From positions 27,815 through 91,814 of the forward strand of contig DASWRG010000058.1 in assembly GCA_036403295.1 (NCBI GenBank): a stretch of DNA of 64,000 bases, given 5' to 3'. Positions 47,112-56,232 of the stretch are shown here, one piece after another (position 1 is the first letter of the stretch; each line of letters opens with the position of its first letter). The notes beneath the pieces are model-generated. The model was given only the letters and a program-made list of their open reading frames with translations. It had not been told where the DNA came from and ran no database searches. This stretch comes from Pyrinomonadaceae bacterium. Lineage in GTDB: Bacteria; Acidobacteriota; Blastocatellia; Pyrinomonadales; Pyrinomonadaceae. Both the position numbers and the translations under genes were made by a program.

Positions 47112-47186
47112 CAGTTTTCAGTTTTTAGTTTTCAGTTTTAAGAAATCTGCTTGCACTGAAAACTAAAAACTGAAAACTGAAAACTG
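47112..47186. repeat. Tandem-unit hairpin element, AGTTTTY family (copy 4 of 4)
   Basis: cagttttcagtttttagttttcagttttaag ... ctgaaaactaaaaactgaaaactgaaaactg. It starts 3 nt after the nuoK stop and ends 3 nt before the nuoL ATG. Confidence 0.9.
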
Positions 47187-47189
47187 CTT

Positions 47190-49778
47190 ATGTACAGATA
47201 CATCTGGCTCGTTCCGCTTCTGCCGCTTGCGGGGGCAGCCATCAATGGGCTGCTCGGGCGGCGGTTTCGCTTCTCGGAAAAGCTGATCGGCTCAATCGCG
47301 GTCGGCTCGGTCGCGCTCGCGTTTGTGATTAGCCTGCTCGCCGTCTATTCATACGGCTTCGGCGGCAACGCGAAGTGGCCGAAGCCGTATGTGACGAGCG
47401 AGGACGGCGCGTTCAAGTACACTTGGATTTCGGGCGGAGCGGTGGAGATTACGCAGGGCGCGCCCGAACGCGCGCGCGCCAGAAGCGGCGGCGAGCGGGC
47501 GACTGAGTTTGGGAGAGGCACACCGACTCTCAGCGGCGAAAGAGTGGCGAGTGAAGCCGCCAGCGTCACCACTCCTGAGAGCGACCCTCCGGGCTTAGGG
47601 CTGCGCGCAGAACGGGACAATCAGCCGAACGAGTTGACGGGGCGCGGCGCGACGCTCAACATCGAATGGAGCTATCAGCTCGACCCGCTCTCCGGCGTTT
47701 TCATGCTCATTGTGACGGGCGTGGGCCTTTGCATCTTCGTCTTTGCGACGGGCTACATGCATGGCGACGCGGGCTTTTATCGCTTCTTCGCGTATCTCGG
47801 CCTCTTCATGTTCATGATGCTGATCCTCGTCATGGGATCAAACTTCCTGATGATGTTCGTCGGGTGGGAGGGCGTCGGTCTCTGCTCATATCTTTTAATC
47901 GGTTACTACTTTGATCGCAAAGAAGCGGGCGACGCTTCGCGCAAAGCTTTTATCACGAATCGCATCGGGGACTTCGGCTTCGCGCTCGCAGTCTTTGGCG
48001 TCATCGCCACGTTCGGCACGACGCAGTATGCGAACGTGATGGCGCAGGCGAGCGGTTATCCAATCGAAGCTTTGGGGCACTGGGGCATTATGAGCTGGCT
48101 TGCGCTCGGCCTCTTCGTCGGCGCGTGCGGCAAGAGCGCGCAGATACCGCTTTACGTCTGGCTGCCGGATGCGATGGCCGGGCCGACTCCTGTCTCCGCT
48201 CTGATTCACGCGGCGACGATGGTCACAGCCGGACTCTACATGCTGACGCGGACGAACGTTATTTTTCAGCACTCGCAGACGATGCTTCTGGTCGTCGCTA
48301 TCGTCGGAGCGGCGACGGCCATCTTCGCCGCGACCATCGGCATTACGCAGAACGATATTAAAAAAGTTCTGGCTTATTCGACCGTCTCGCAGCTTGGCTT
48401 TATGTTCATGGCTTGCGGCGTCGGAGCGTTCGCCATCGGCATCTTTCACGTGATGACGCACGCGTTCTTCAAAGCCCTGATGTTTCTCGGCGCGGGCAGC
48501 GTGATACACGGCATGCATCACGAGCAGGACATGCGGCGCATGGGCGGCTTGAAGAAGTACATGCCCAAAACTTACTGGACTTTTCTGGCGGGCTGGCTCG
48601 CCATCTGCGGCATCATTCCGTTTAGCGGCTTCTGGTCGAAGGACGAGATTCTGTGGAACGCGGCCTCGACGACTTACATTCCATACGGCTGGATTATCTG
48701 GCTCGTCGGGACAATCGCCGCGACCTGCACCGCTTTTTACATGACGCGCCTCGTGGCGATGACCTTCTGGGGTAAGGAGAGATTTTTAGAAGTCTCGGCG
48801 GGAGACGAAGCCGACGAAGCGCACGCGCATGGCGTGGATGAGTTCGGCAAGCCGCACGACGCACAGACTTTTTCGGCTGGCGACCGTCCGCATCACGAGC
48901 CGGGCGAACACGTCGGTATCGCTCATGACATGCATGCTTCACACACTGGCGTGCATGTGCATGACGCGCATGAGCACGGCTCTCATGTTCCGCATGAGTC
49001 TCCGCCTTCGATGTGGATTCCGCTCGCAGTGCTGGCGGTGCTCGCAGTCATCGGCGGCTTCGTCGGCATCACCACAGCGTTCACAGGCGGGAAGCACGTC
49101 GGCGGGCGCATGAACATCGTCACGTGGCTGAGTCCGGTCATCTGGAATCCACAGACGAAGGAGTTCAATCAGCCGGAAGGTGAAACGGCGGGCGAGGCTG
49201 CGCGCAGTGAAGCGGGAGAGGGCGGCGCGGTCGCTGCTTACGGCGACACGGGATTTAATCTGGCTCGCACGGTGGAGCATTCTCTCGGCGAAAAGGGCAC
49301 AGAGTTTCTATTCATCGGCATCTCGCTTTTGGCGGCAGGACTTGGCATGTTTCTCGGTTGGCTCTTCTATGTCAAAGACACGCGCCTGCCGGACATCTGG
49401 GCGAAGAGGCTCGCGCCGCTCTATCGCGCGAGCTACCACAAGTATTGGGTGGATGAATTATACGGCGCGGTCTTTACGCGGCGGACGATGGATGCCGCGC
49501 GCGGCGTGTATGAAGTGGACTCGGACATCGTGGACGGCGCGGTCAACGGCGTGGCCTCTTTGACGCGCGGCGCGAGCCGCTTGACGGGCGGGATAGACAA
49601 GTACGTGGTGGACGGACTCGTCAATACGATTGCGGGATTTATCAAGAGCCTGATGTCGCCTTTGATTCGCGCGGCGCAGACGGGCTTGACGGCGAACTAC
49701 GCTCTCGTGATGGTGCTGGGCCTCGTCATCGCCGTCGCCGTCTTTTTCGCCAAAGACATCTGGGCGACGATCTTTTAA
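47190..49778 (+). CDS. nuoL: NADH-quinone oxidoreductase subunit L (862 aa, with two lineage-specific insertions)
   Basis: It has the antiporter-like core (GWEGVGLCSYLLIGYY, AGPTPVSALIHAATMVTAG). There is a ~90-aa insert encoded at ~47380-47650 and a His-rich segment at ~48790-49010. Confidence 0.95.
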   Translation: MYRYIWLVPLLPLAGAAINGLLGRRFRFSEKLIGSIAVGSVALAFVISLLAVYSYGFGGNAKWPKPYVTSEDGAFKYTWISGGAVEITQGAPERARARSGGERATEFGRGTPTLSGERVASEAASVTTPESDPPGLGLRAERDNQPNELTGRGATLNIEWSYQLDPLSGVFMLIVTGVGLCIFVFATGYMHGDAGFYRFFAYLGLFMFMMLILVMGSNFLMMFVGWEGVGLCSYLLIGYYFDRKEAGDASRKAFITNRIGDFGFALAVFGVIATFGTTQYANVMAQASGYPIEALGHWGIMSWLALGLFVGACGKSAQIPLYVWLPDAMAGPTPVSALIHAATMVTAGLYMLTRTNVIFQHSQTMLLVVAIVGAATAIFAATIGITQNDIKKVLAYSTVSQLGFMFMACGVGAFAIGIFHVMTHAFFKALMFLGAGSVIHGMHHEQDMRRMGGLKKYMPKTYWTFLAGWLAICGIIPFSGFWSKDEILWNAASTTYIPYGWIIWLVGTIAATCTAFYMTRLVAMTFWGKERFLEVSAGDEADEAHAHGVDEFGKPHDAQTFSAGDRPHHEPGEHVGIAHDMHASHTGVHVHDAHEHGSHVPHESPPSMWIPLAVLAVLAVIGGFVGITTAFTGGKHVGGRMNIVTWLSPVIWNPQTKEFNQPEGETAGEAARSEAGEGGAVAAYGDTGFNLARTVEHSLGEKGTEFLFIGISLLAAGLGMFLGWLFYVKDTRLPDIWAKRLAPLYRASYHKYWVDELYGAVFTRRTMDAARGVYEVDSDIVDGAVNGVASLTRGASRLTGGIDKYVVDGLVNTIAGFIKSLMSPLIRAAQTGLTANYALVMVLGLVIAVAVFFAKDIWATIF

Positions 49779-49779
49779 A

Positions 49780-49901
49780 GCTGTGCTTTGGAATTTGTTC
49801 TTTGTGCTTTGCACGCGGCTCAACATTAAGCTCATCGCTCAAGCTTGAGCATTACGAACAAAGAACAAAAGACAAAGAACAAAGTACAAAAGACAAAAAT
49901 C
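49780..49901. repeat. Tandem-unit hairpin element, CTTTGTR family, with an inner palindrome GCTCAAGCTTGAGC
   Basis: gctgtgctttggaatttgttctttgtgctttgcacg ... cgaacaaagaacaaaagacaaagaacaaagtacaaaagacaaaaatc. Confidence 0.7.
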
Positions 49902-51599
49902 ATGAAACTTCCTTATCTTCTTTCCATCATCACATGGCTGCCCGCGCTGGGCGCGATGTTCATTCTCGCGGTCTTTAAGAAAGAGCAGTCCAAGCTCATC
50001 AAGCAGTTTACGACCGCTTGGTTCGCGTTGACGTTTTTAGGCTCGCTGTTGCTGCTGAATTACGACCGCGCGCGTGGCGGGATGCAGTTTCTCGAAGATA
50101 AGTCGTGGATTCCGATTATCGGCGCACGCTACCAGATGGGCGCGGACGGCGTGGCGGTGCTGCTCATTGTGCTGACGACGCTGCTCGGCGTCATCGCCTG
50201 CCTCTCCTCCTGGAAATATATCGAGAAGCGCGAGAAGGAATATTACGTTCTGCTCCTGCTCTTGCAGACCGCAGTGGTCGGCGTCTTCGCTTCGATGGAC
50301 TTGTTTCTCTTCTATCTCTTCTTTGAAGTCTCGCTCGTGCCGATGTATTTCCTGATCGGCATCTGGGGCGGCGAGAGAAGATTGTACGCGGCGATAAAAT
50401 TTTTCCTCTACACTTTGGTCGGCTCGGTCGTGATGCTGCTCGGCGTGTTGAAGATGTACTTCCTGACGCAGGACGCGACGATGGCGGGTCAGATAAGCGA
50501 AGCGACGCTCAAGACTATCGCTCCCAACGGGGAGGCGCGCGTGCTCCTCGATGCTGCGGTGGCGGCGGCCAAAAGCGGCGCGGGCACATTCAATATCATG
50601 TACATGCAGTCGTTAGGCTCTGTGATGCCGATGGGCACGATGCAGGTACTGCTTTTCTTCGCCTTCGCGCTCGGCTTTGCGATCAAAGTCCCGATGTTTC
50701 CGTTTCACACCTGGCTGCCGGACGCGCACGTCGAAGCTCCGACCGCAGGCTCTGTCATTCTCGCGGGCATTTTGCTCAAGCTCGGAACTTACGGCTTCTT
50801 CCGTTTCAACCTGCCGATGTTTCCCAAAGCCTCGATTGATGAAACGAGTTGGCAGACGGGCTTCGGGACGTTCGGCGTGAGGAGCGTGATGGTCTTCCTC
50901 GCGCTCGTCGGCATCATCTACGGCGCGCTGGCGGCGATGTACTTCGTCGTCAAAAAGGACGGTGACGTGAAGAAGCTGGTCGCGTATTCGTCCGTCTCTT
51001 CGATGGGCGTCGTGATGCTCGGCCTCTTCTCTTTGAATCCGAACGGAGTCAACGGCGCGGTCTTGCACATGGTCAATCACGGTATCTATTCCGCCGCGCT
51101 CTTCCTGCTCGTCGGCATCATTTACGAGCGACGGCACACGCGCAACATAGCCGAGTTCGGCGGCCTCTCGCACGTCATGCCGGGATACGCGGCGGTCTTT
51201 CTGGCGATGGCGATGACGGCCATCGGATTGCCGCTCCTGTGCGTCTTCATCTCAGAATTTTTAGCCATGCGCGGAGCTTTTGAAGCCAAGCCTTTGTGGG
51301 CTTCGTGGGCTGCGCTCGGAATCATCCTGAACGCGGGTTACATGCTCTGGCTCTATCAACGCATGTTCTTCGGCAACATCGAGAATCCGAAGAACGAAAA
51401 GCTGATAGACATGAGCGGGCGCGAGTGGGCATACATGCTGCCGCTCGTCGTGCTCTCGATCTGGATCGGCGTCTACCCGACGTTTTTCACGGACTACATC
51501 CAGCAGCCCGTCAACGCGGTGGTGAGACAGGTGCGCCCGAGCTATCCGATACCGGGCGGGCCGCCCGTACAGCAAGTGCCGGAGACGGCGGCGAAGTAA
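49902..51599 (+). CDS. nuoM: NADH-quinone oxidoreductase subunit M
   Basis: It has the antiporter-like core (FPFHTWLPDAHVEAPTAGSVILAG). ATG 49902 is preferred; the longer ORF N-terminus (KEQKTKNKVQKTK) just translates the repeat arm. Confidence 0.95.
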   Translation: MKLPYLLSIITWLPALGAMFILAVFKKEQSKLIKQFTTAWFALTFLGSLLLLNYDRARGGMQFLEDKSWIPIIGARYQMGADGVAVLLIVLTTLLGVIACLSSWKYIEKREKEYYVLLLLLQTAVVGVFASMDLFLFYLFFEVSLVPMYFLIGIWGGERRLYAAIKFFLYTLVGSVVMLLGVLKMYFLTQDATMAGQISEATLKTIAPNGEARVLLDAAVAAAKSGAGTFNIMYMQSLGSVMPMGTMQVLLFFAFALGFAIKVPMFPFHTWLPDAHVEAPTAGSVILAGILLKLGTYGFFRFNLPMFPKASIDETSWQTGFGTFGVRSVMVFLALVGIIYGALAAMYFVVKKDGDVKKLVAYSSVSSMGVVMLGLFSLNPNGVNGAVLHMVNHGIYSAALFLLVGIIYERRHTRNIAEFGGLSHVMPGYAAVFLAMAMTAIGLPLLCVFISEFLAMRGAFEAKPLWASWAALGIILNAGYMLWLYQRMFFGNIENPKNEKLIDMSGREWAYMLPLVVLSIWIGVYPTFFTDYIQQPVNAVVRQVRPSYPIPGGPPVQQVPETAAK

Positions 51600-51600
51600 A

Positions 51601-51702
51601 TTTTGCTCTTTGTACTTTGTGCTTTGCTTGTGAGTTTCAAACTTGAGAAATAGGCTCAATGCTGAGCCACTTGCAAAGCGCAAAGCACAAAGTACAAAAA
51701 TC
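51601..51702. repeat. Tandem-unit hairpin element, CTTTGTR family
   Basis: ttttgctctttgtactttgtgctttgcttgtgag ... cttgcaaagcgcaaagcacaaagtacaaaaatc. There are 19 nt of perfect complementarity (TTTGTACTTTGTGCTTTGC). Confidence 0.8.
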
Positions 51703-51708
51703 TAAAAT

Positions 51709-53274
51709 ATGTTTCTTCTTCAAGCTAACACGACCAGTCTTTTCAATCCGAGCGACCTGCAATTGATCGCGCCGGAATTGATTCTGACCATCTGCGCGTG
51801 CATCGCGCTCGTGATGGAAGTCATCCTGCCGTACAAGAAGACCAAGCTTACGGCGCAGCTCGCGCTCGGCGGCATCGCGCTCGCTTTTATCTCGCTTTAC
51901 ATCCAGCTCGCGCAGATGGGCGGGACGTATAAAGTTTGGAGCATCGCCGCCCTGACGCCGCTCGAAGGCTTTTACGGCATGGTGCGGATTGACGGCTTTG
52001 CGATTCTCTTCAAAGCGATTTTCCTCGTCGCCGCCGCGCTCGCCGTCGCCATCTCGACGCGCTATCTGGACATAGAGGGCGAGCAGCACGGCGAGTATTA
52101 CGCGCTCATTCTATTTGCGACCATCGGGATGCTGTTTCTCGCGTGCGGCTACGACCTGATCGTGCTTTACATCAGCCTCGAACTGATGGCGCTCACGTTC
52201 TACGTCCTCGTCGCTTTCACCAAACGCGAGAAACGCTCGAACGAAGCCGCGATGAAATATTTTCTGCTCGGCGCGTTCTCTTCGGGGATTTTGCTGTACG
52301 GCATGTCACTGCTCTACGGCATCACAGGCTCGACCAACCTCGGCGAGATCGGCCAGAGCATCGGCCAGATTATCAACACCGCGCCGGATGAGACCGGAGC
52401 GGCGGTCGCTTCCGTGCGGCCATTGCTGTTGCTCGGCATGATTAGCCTTGCCGCCGGACTCTTTTTCAAAATCAGCGCAGTCCCTTTTCACATGTGGGCA
52501 CCGGATGCTTACGAAGGCGCGCCAACCTCCGTCACAGCATTCCTCTCAACCGGCTCAAAGGCCGCGAGCTTCGCTCTTTACGCGCGCATCTTTCTCGAAG
52601 CACTGGGCGGGATGCGTGTTGATTGGGCGCCGGTCTTGGGCATCGTCGCGGCGATTACGATTCTGGTCGGCAACTGGGGCGCGGTCACGCAGGATAACTC
52701 GAAACGCCTGCTCGCCTATTCTTCGATCTCGAACGCGGGCTACTTGCTGCTCGGCCTGATAGCCGCCAACGAGTGGGGCTACAAGGGAATCATTATTTAT
52801 CTCTTCGTCTACACGCTGATGAACATGGGCGCGTTCGGCATCATCATCAGCCTGCGTCGGCGCGGCATCATCGGCGACAACGTCGAAGACATGGCCGGAC
52901 TCTCGCAGAAAGCTCCGGGCATGGCCTTTATGATGGCTGTCTTCATGCTAAGCTTGGGCGGCCTGCCCGCGACGGGCGGCTTTATGGGCAAGTGGTTTCT
53001 GATTGGCGGCCTCCTGCAACGCGGCAAGCTCGACGGCAAGAACTGGTACTACTGGCTCGCGGGCTGGGCGATTATCAACACGGTCGTCTCCTTCTATTAC
53101 TACGTGCGCTTCATCCGCGTGATGTACATCGGCGAGCGAGTCGCTGACGACCGCCCGCTCGCGCTCTCGCCCGCGCTCAAAACCGCCCTCGTCGTCGCGC
53201 TCATCGGCATCATCCTCGTCGGCATCTTCCCGCAGCCGTTCATCAATCTCGCGCAACATCTGATGAAACAATAG
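51709..53274 (+). CDS. nuoN: NADH-quinone oxidoreductase subunit N
   Basis: It has the antiporter-like core (PFHMWAPDAYEGAPTSVTAFLS). Confidence 0.95.
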   Translation: MFLLQANTTSLFNPSDLQLIAPELILTICACIALVMEVILPYKKTKLTAQLALGGIALAFISLYIQLAQMGGTYKVWSIAALTPLEGFYGMVRIDGFAILFKAIFLVAAALAVAISTRYLDIEGEQHGEYYALILFATIGMLFLACGYDLIVLYISLELMALTFYVLVAFTKREKRSNEAAMKYFLLGAFSSGILLYGMSLLYGITGSTNLGEIGQSIGQIINTAPDETGAAVASVRPLLLLGMISLAAGLFFKISAVPFHMWAPDAYEGAPTSVTAFLSTGSKAASFALYARIFLEALGGMRVDWAPVLGIVAAITILVGNWGAVTQDNSKRLLAYSSISNAGYLLLGLIAANEWGYKGIIIYLFVYTLMNMGAFGIIISLRRRGIIGDNVEDMAGLSQKAPGMAFMMAVFMLSLGGLPATGGFMGKWFLIGGLLQRGKLDGKNWYYWLAGWAIINTVVSFYYYVRFIRVMYIGERVADDRPLALSPALKTALVVALIGIILVGIFPQPFINLAQHLMKQ

Positions 53275-53327
53275 GGTGTAGTAAAAAGCGGGTCAGTTCC
53301 AAACGTGGAGAAGAAAAAGACGGTTTC

Positions 53328-53407
53328 CCGCAAAGGCGCAAAGAAAAGCACGCAAGGAACAAGCAGCATTCAGCGTCTTTGCGTTCTTCCTTTGCGCCTT
53401 TGCGCGA
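53328..53407. repeat. Tandem-unit hairpin element, CTTTGCG/CGCAAAG family
   Basis: cccgcaaaggcgcaaagaaaagcacgcaaggaac ... gtctttgcgttcttcctttgcgcctttgcgcg. It shares a 28-mer and an 18-mer with the element at 61213. Confidence 0.85.
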
Positions 53408-53422
53408 GATTCTTTGATTTCC

Positions 53423-54661
53423 ATGTGGGTCTTTTACTTCTTCGCGGTCATCGTTATCTGGCAGGGCTTGATGTCGCTCGCGAGCGGCGTGCGGTTTCTC
53501 GCGTATGTGCGGCGCGAGATGGAGAAGCCGCCGAATAATTTCACGCCCTTCGTTTCTCTCATCGCGCCGTGTCGCGGCCTCGATCAAGGTTTGAGAGAGA
53601 ATCTCGCCGCGCTCTTCCGGCAAAGCTTTCCGGCCTACGAAATTATTTTTGTGACTGACAGAGCCGATGATCCGGCCATCGCCGTCATCGAAGAAGCGCG
53701 CCGTGAATTTGAGAAGCAAGCTCACATTACTTCTCGTCTCGTCATCGCGGGCGAGGCGACCGGGAGCGGGCAGAAGGTTCACAACCTGCTCGCGGCTGTC
53801 GCTGAAGCCGATGTGAAAAGCTTCGCCTTCATCTTCGCGGATACGGACGCGCGCCCCTCGGCTGATTGGCTGCGCTGGCTCATCTCGCCTCTGAATTGTC
53901 AAAATGTCGGAGCGGCGACAGGCTATCGCTGGTTCATTCCAGAGCGCGGCGGCTTTAGCTCGCACCTGCGCGCGGTGTGGAACGCTTCGATTGCTTCGGC
54001 CCTGGGCGAGCGCGGCGACAGGAATTTTTGCTGGGGAGGCGCGACCGCCATTCGCCGCGAGACGTTTGAAAAACTTGTGATGAGAGACGTGTGGCGCGGC
54101 ACGCTCTCGGACGATTTCGCTCTGATGCGCGCCCTCAGACGCGCGAAGCTCGACATCTATTTCGTGCCCGCGTGCCTCACGGCGTCGGTTGAAGATTGCG
54201 GCTTGCTTGAGCTCTTGGAGTTTACTACGCGGCAACTAAAGATCACGCGCGTCTACGCGCCGCATTTCTGGAAAGCAGTCCTCGCGGGCAGCCTGCTCTT
54301 CGTCTCCGTCTTCTTCGGCGGCCTCGCGCTGGTCATCACGCGCGCCGCGCTCGGCCTCTCGTACTGGCTGCCGCTCATGCTCCTGAGCCTGATTTTCATA
54401 CTCGGAGCAGCCAAAGCCGCCCTGCGCCTGCGCGCCGTCCGTCTGCCGTTAAAAGCTTATGATGCGGAGCTTACTAAAGGCGCGCTCGCGCATCTGACGC
54501 TCTGGCCGCTCGCGTCCGCGCTCTATCTGTACAACGCCGTCTGCGCGCTCTTCTCGCGTCGCATCAACTGGCGCGGCATCACCTACGAATTGAAATCACC
54601 GACGGAAACTGTCATCATGGAAAAGCAGGTTCAAAGTTCAAGGTTCAAAGTTCAAGGTTAA
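53423..54661 (+). CDS. Membrane glycosyltransferase, GT2/GT21 (ceramide-glucosyltransferase/HpnI-like)
   Basis: LIAPCRGLD...EIIFV.D..DDPA...GQKVHNL...FADTDARP...SDDFAL, with N- and C-terminal TM helices. The last 11 codons lie in a hairpin arm. Confidence 0.7.
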   Translation: MWVFYFFAVIVIWQGLMSLASGVRFLAYVRREMEKPPNNFTPFVSLIAPCRGLDQGLRENLAALFRQSFPAYEIIFVTDRADDPAIAVIEEARREFEKQAHITSRLVIAGEATGSGQKVHNLLAAVAEADVKSFAFIFADTDARPSADWLRWLISPLNCQNVGAATGYRWFIPERGGFSSHLRAVWNASIASALGERGDRNFCWGGATAIRRETFEKLVMRDVWRGTLSDDFALMRALRRAKLDIYFVPACLTASVEDCGLLELLEFTTRQLKITRVYAPHFWKAVLAGSLLFVSVFFGGLALVITRAALGLSYWLPLMLLSLIFILGAAKAALRLRAVRLPLKAYDAELTKGALAHLTLWPLASALYLYNAVCALFSRRINWRGITYELKSPTETVIMEKQVQSSRFKVQG

Positions 54662-54706
54662 GACATGGAGTCTGTCTTTTAACCTTGAACTTTGAACCTT
54701 GAACCC
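54627..54706. repeat. Tandem-unit hairpin element, GTTCAAR family
   Basis: aggttcaaagttcaaggttcaaagttcaaggttaagaca ... tgtcttttaaccttgaactttgaaccttgaaccct. Confidence 0.9.
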
Positions 54707-55838
54707 TCTTAAAAGCGTGTTAGCTAAAGCCACACAACTTGTCCAACTTCTGCGTTCGACGAAACGCGAAAAGCGTCTCGGCACGGTGATTCTATTTGTC
54801 ACGTCGCGCTGCAATGCGTTCTGCAAGACCTGCTTTTATCATGAAGAGCTGAACCAGCCGGGCGACCTGTCCCTTGAACAGCTTGAGAAGATTTCAAACA
54901 CGATGCCGCCCATCACAGACCTCTGGCTGTCTGGCGGCGAGCCGATGCTGCGGCGAGACCTGACGCAGGTGATTGACACTTTTATTCTCAACAACGGCGT
55001 CAAGCGCATCATCATCCCGACCAACGGCCTCGTCAAAGCGCGCACGTTTGAAGTCGTCAATCACGCCCTCGAAAATCATCCCGCGATTGATCTCTATCTG
55101 AACATCGCGCTCGACGGTTACGGCCAGACTCACGACGAAATTAGAGGCGTGCCGGGCAACTGGGAAAAGACTCTGGACTGCATCTCTTCGCTCTATCCCT
55201 TGAAAGAGAAGTGCGCGTCTCGCTTTCGCCTCAACGTCAACACGGTCGTCTGCGCCGAGAATTACACAGAGATTGAGAAGCTCTCCGAGTTTTTGTGGAA
55301 GAACTTTCGACTCGACGGGCAATACTTCAACATCGTGCGCGGCGAAACCAAAGTCGGAGACGAGATCAAACAAGTCCCGCCGGAAATCTTGCCTGAGATG
55401 TACGCGCGCGTCTCTGCTTTAACCAAACGCTACGGCGACCGGATGTTTGCCGCAGATGACGCGAGCAAACGTTTCGTCAAAAACGTGGCCTACGTCGGCG
55501 CAATCGCGACGCACTATCGCACGCAACACGCCAACTTTAAGGGCGCGAGCGATTGGCCTTTCCCCTGCACGGCTGGCGAGACGACCGCCGTCATTGATTA
55601 CAACGGTGATGTGAGAGCCTGCGAGCTGAGGGAAAAGTTTGCGACGCTCGCCGATTACGATTTCGATTTCGGCAAGCTCTGGGCTGAGCAAGAACGGCAG
55701 ACCGAACTGCGCGCGATTGACGGCGGCAAGGCGTGCTGGTGCACGCACGTCTGCTTCATACACGACTCCATGCGCCACTCGCGCCGCGCGCTGCTTTATG
55801 AGCTGCCGAAAAATTATTTGACGCGCAATTCATGGTAG
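54699..55838 (+). CDS. Radical SAM enzyme with a SPASM/twitch-like C-terminal Cys motif
   Basis: It has CNAFCKTC (CX3CX2C), then C-X12-G-X4-C (CTAGETTAVIDYNGDVRAC) and CWCTHVC. The start is uncertain: TTG 54699 or GTG 54717. Confidence 0.75.
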   Translation: MNPLKSVLAKATQLVQLLRSTKREKRLGTVILFVTSRCNAFCKTCFYHEELNQPGDLSLEQLEKISNTMPPITDLWLSGGEPMLRRDLTQVIDTFILNNGVKRIIIPTNGLVKARTFEVVNHALENHPAIDLYLNIALDGYGQTHDEIRGVPGNWEKTLDCISSLYPLKEKCASRFRLNVNTVVCAENYTEIEKLSEFLWKNFRLDGQYFNIVRGETKVGDEIKQVPPEILPEMYARVSALTKRYGDRMFAADDASKRFVKNVAYVGAIATHYRTQHANFKGASDWPFPCTAGETTAVIDYNGDVRACELREKFATLADYDFDFGKLWAEQERQTELRAIDGGKACWCTHVCFIHDSMRHSRRALLYELPKNYLTRNSW

Positions 55839-55913
55839 TTCAAAGTTCAAGGTTTAAGGTTCAAAGTTAATATCATCCTGCGAACCTTGAACCTTAAACT
55901 TTGAACCTTGAAC
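55838..55913. repeat. Tandem-unit hairpin element, GTTCAAR family
   Basis: gttcaaagttcaaggtttaaggttcaaagttaa ... cgaaccttgaaccttaaactttgaaccttgaac. Confidence 0.9.
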
Positions 55914-55919
55914 ATCTTT

Positions 55920-56135
55920 ATGTCTAATCGTGACGAGCAGGAAGTGAATCGCAAGAGCGCGATTGTGTATGGCGCGGTCTTCTCGATACTGGTTTCGATT
56001 GTGAGCTTTCTGATTGTGGGTTGGGCTTTGGACAGGTGGCTCAAGACGGGGCCGTGGCTGCTGGTCGGCGGCATCGTATTGGGGACGATTATCGGCTTCA
56101 TCCAGTTCATCAGGCTCATCTCACGAGTCTCGTGA
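55920..56135 (+). CDS. AtpZ/ATPase_gene1-like small membrane protein preceding the F0 genes
   Basis: Two TM helices with G.ALDRWL.TGPW....G...G, the pattern typical of the putative F0F1-ATPase-associated subunit. Confidence 0.6.
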   Translation: MSNRDEQEVNRKSAIVYGAVFSILVSIVSFLIVGWALDRWLKTGPWLLVGGIVLGTIIGFIQFIRLISRVS

Positions 56136-56232
56136 AAAATCGTTCAAAGTGAACTCGACAGCCCGTGCGGTCGTCGTGTAAAATCTTCCGTTCAGTCATG
56201 AGCGGAATTGGTTGACTGTGTGAGGAGAGCGC

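Noticed and set aside
47400-47650. In-frame insertion in nuoL as an RPE-like palindromic element or member of the hairpin class
   Set aside because: Only short complementarities are present (for example CTCTCAG/CTGAGAG and GGCGCGC/GCGCGCC). There are no tandem units and no long stem.
53243-54235. 330-aa minus-strand ORF over the nuoN end, a hairpin and the glycosyltransferase gene
   Set aside because: It runs through a repeat element and two + strand genes, with an Arg-rich antisense composition.
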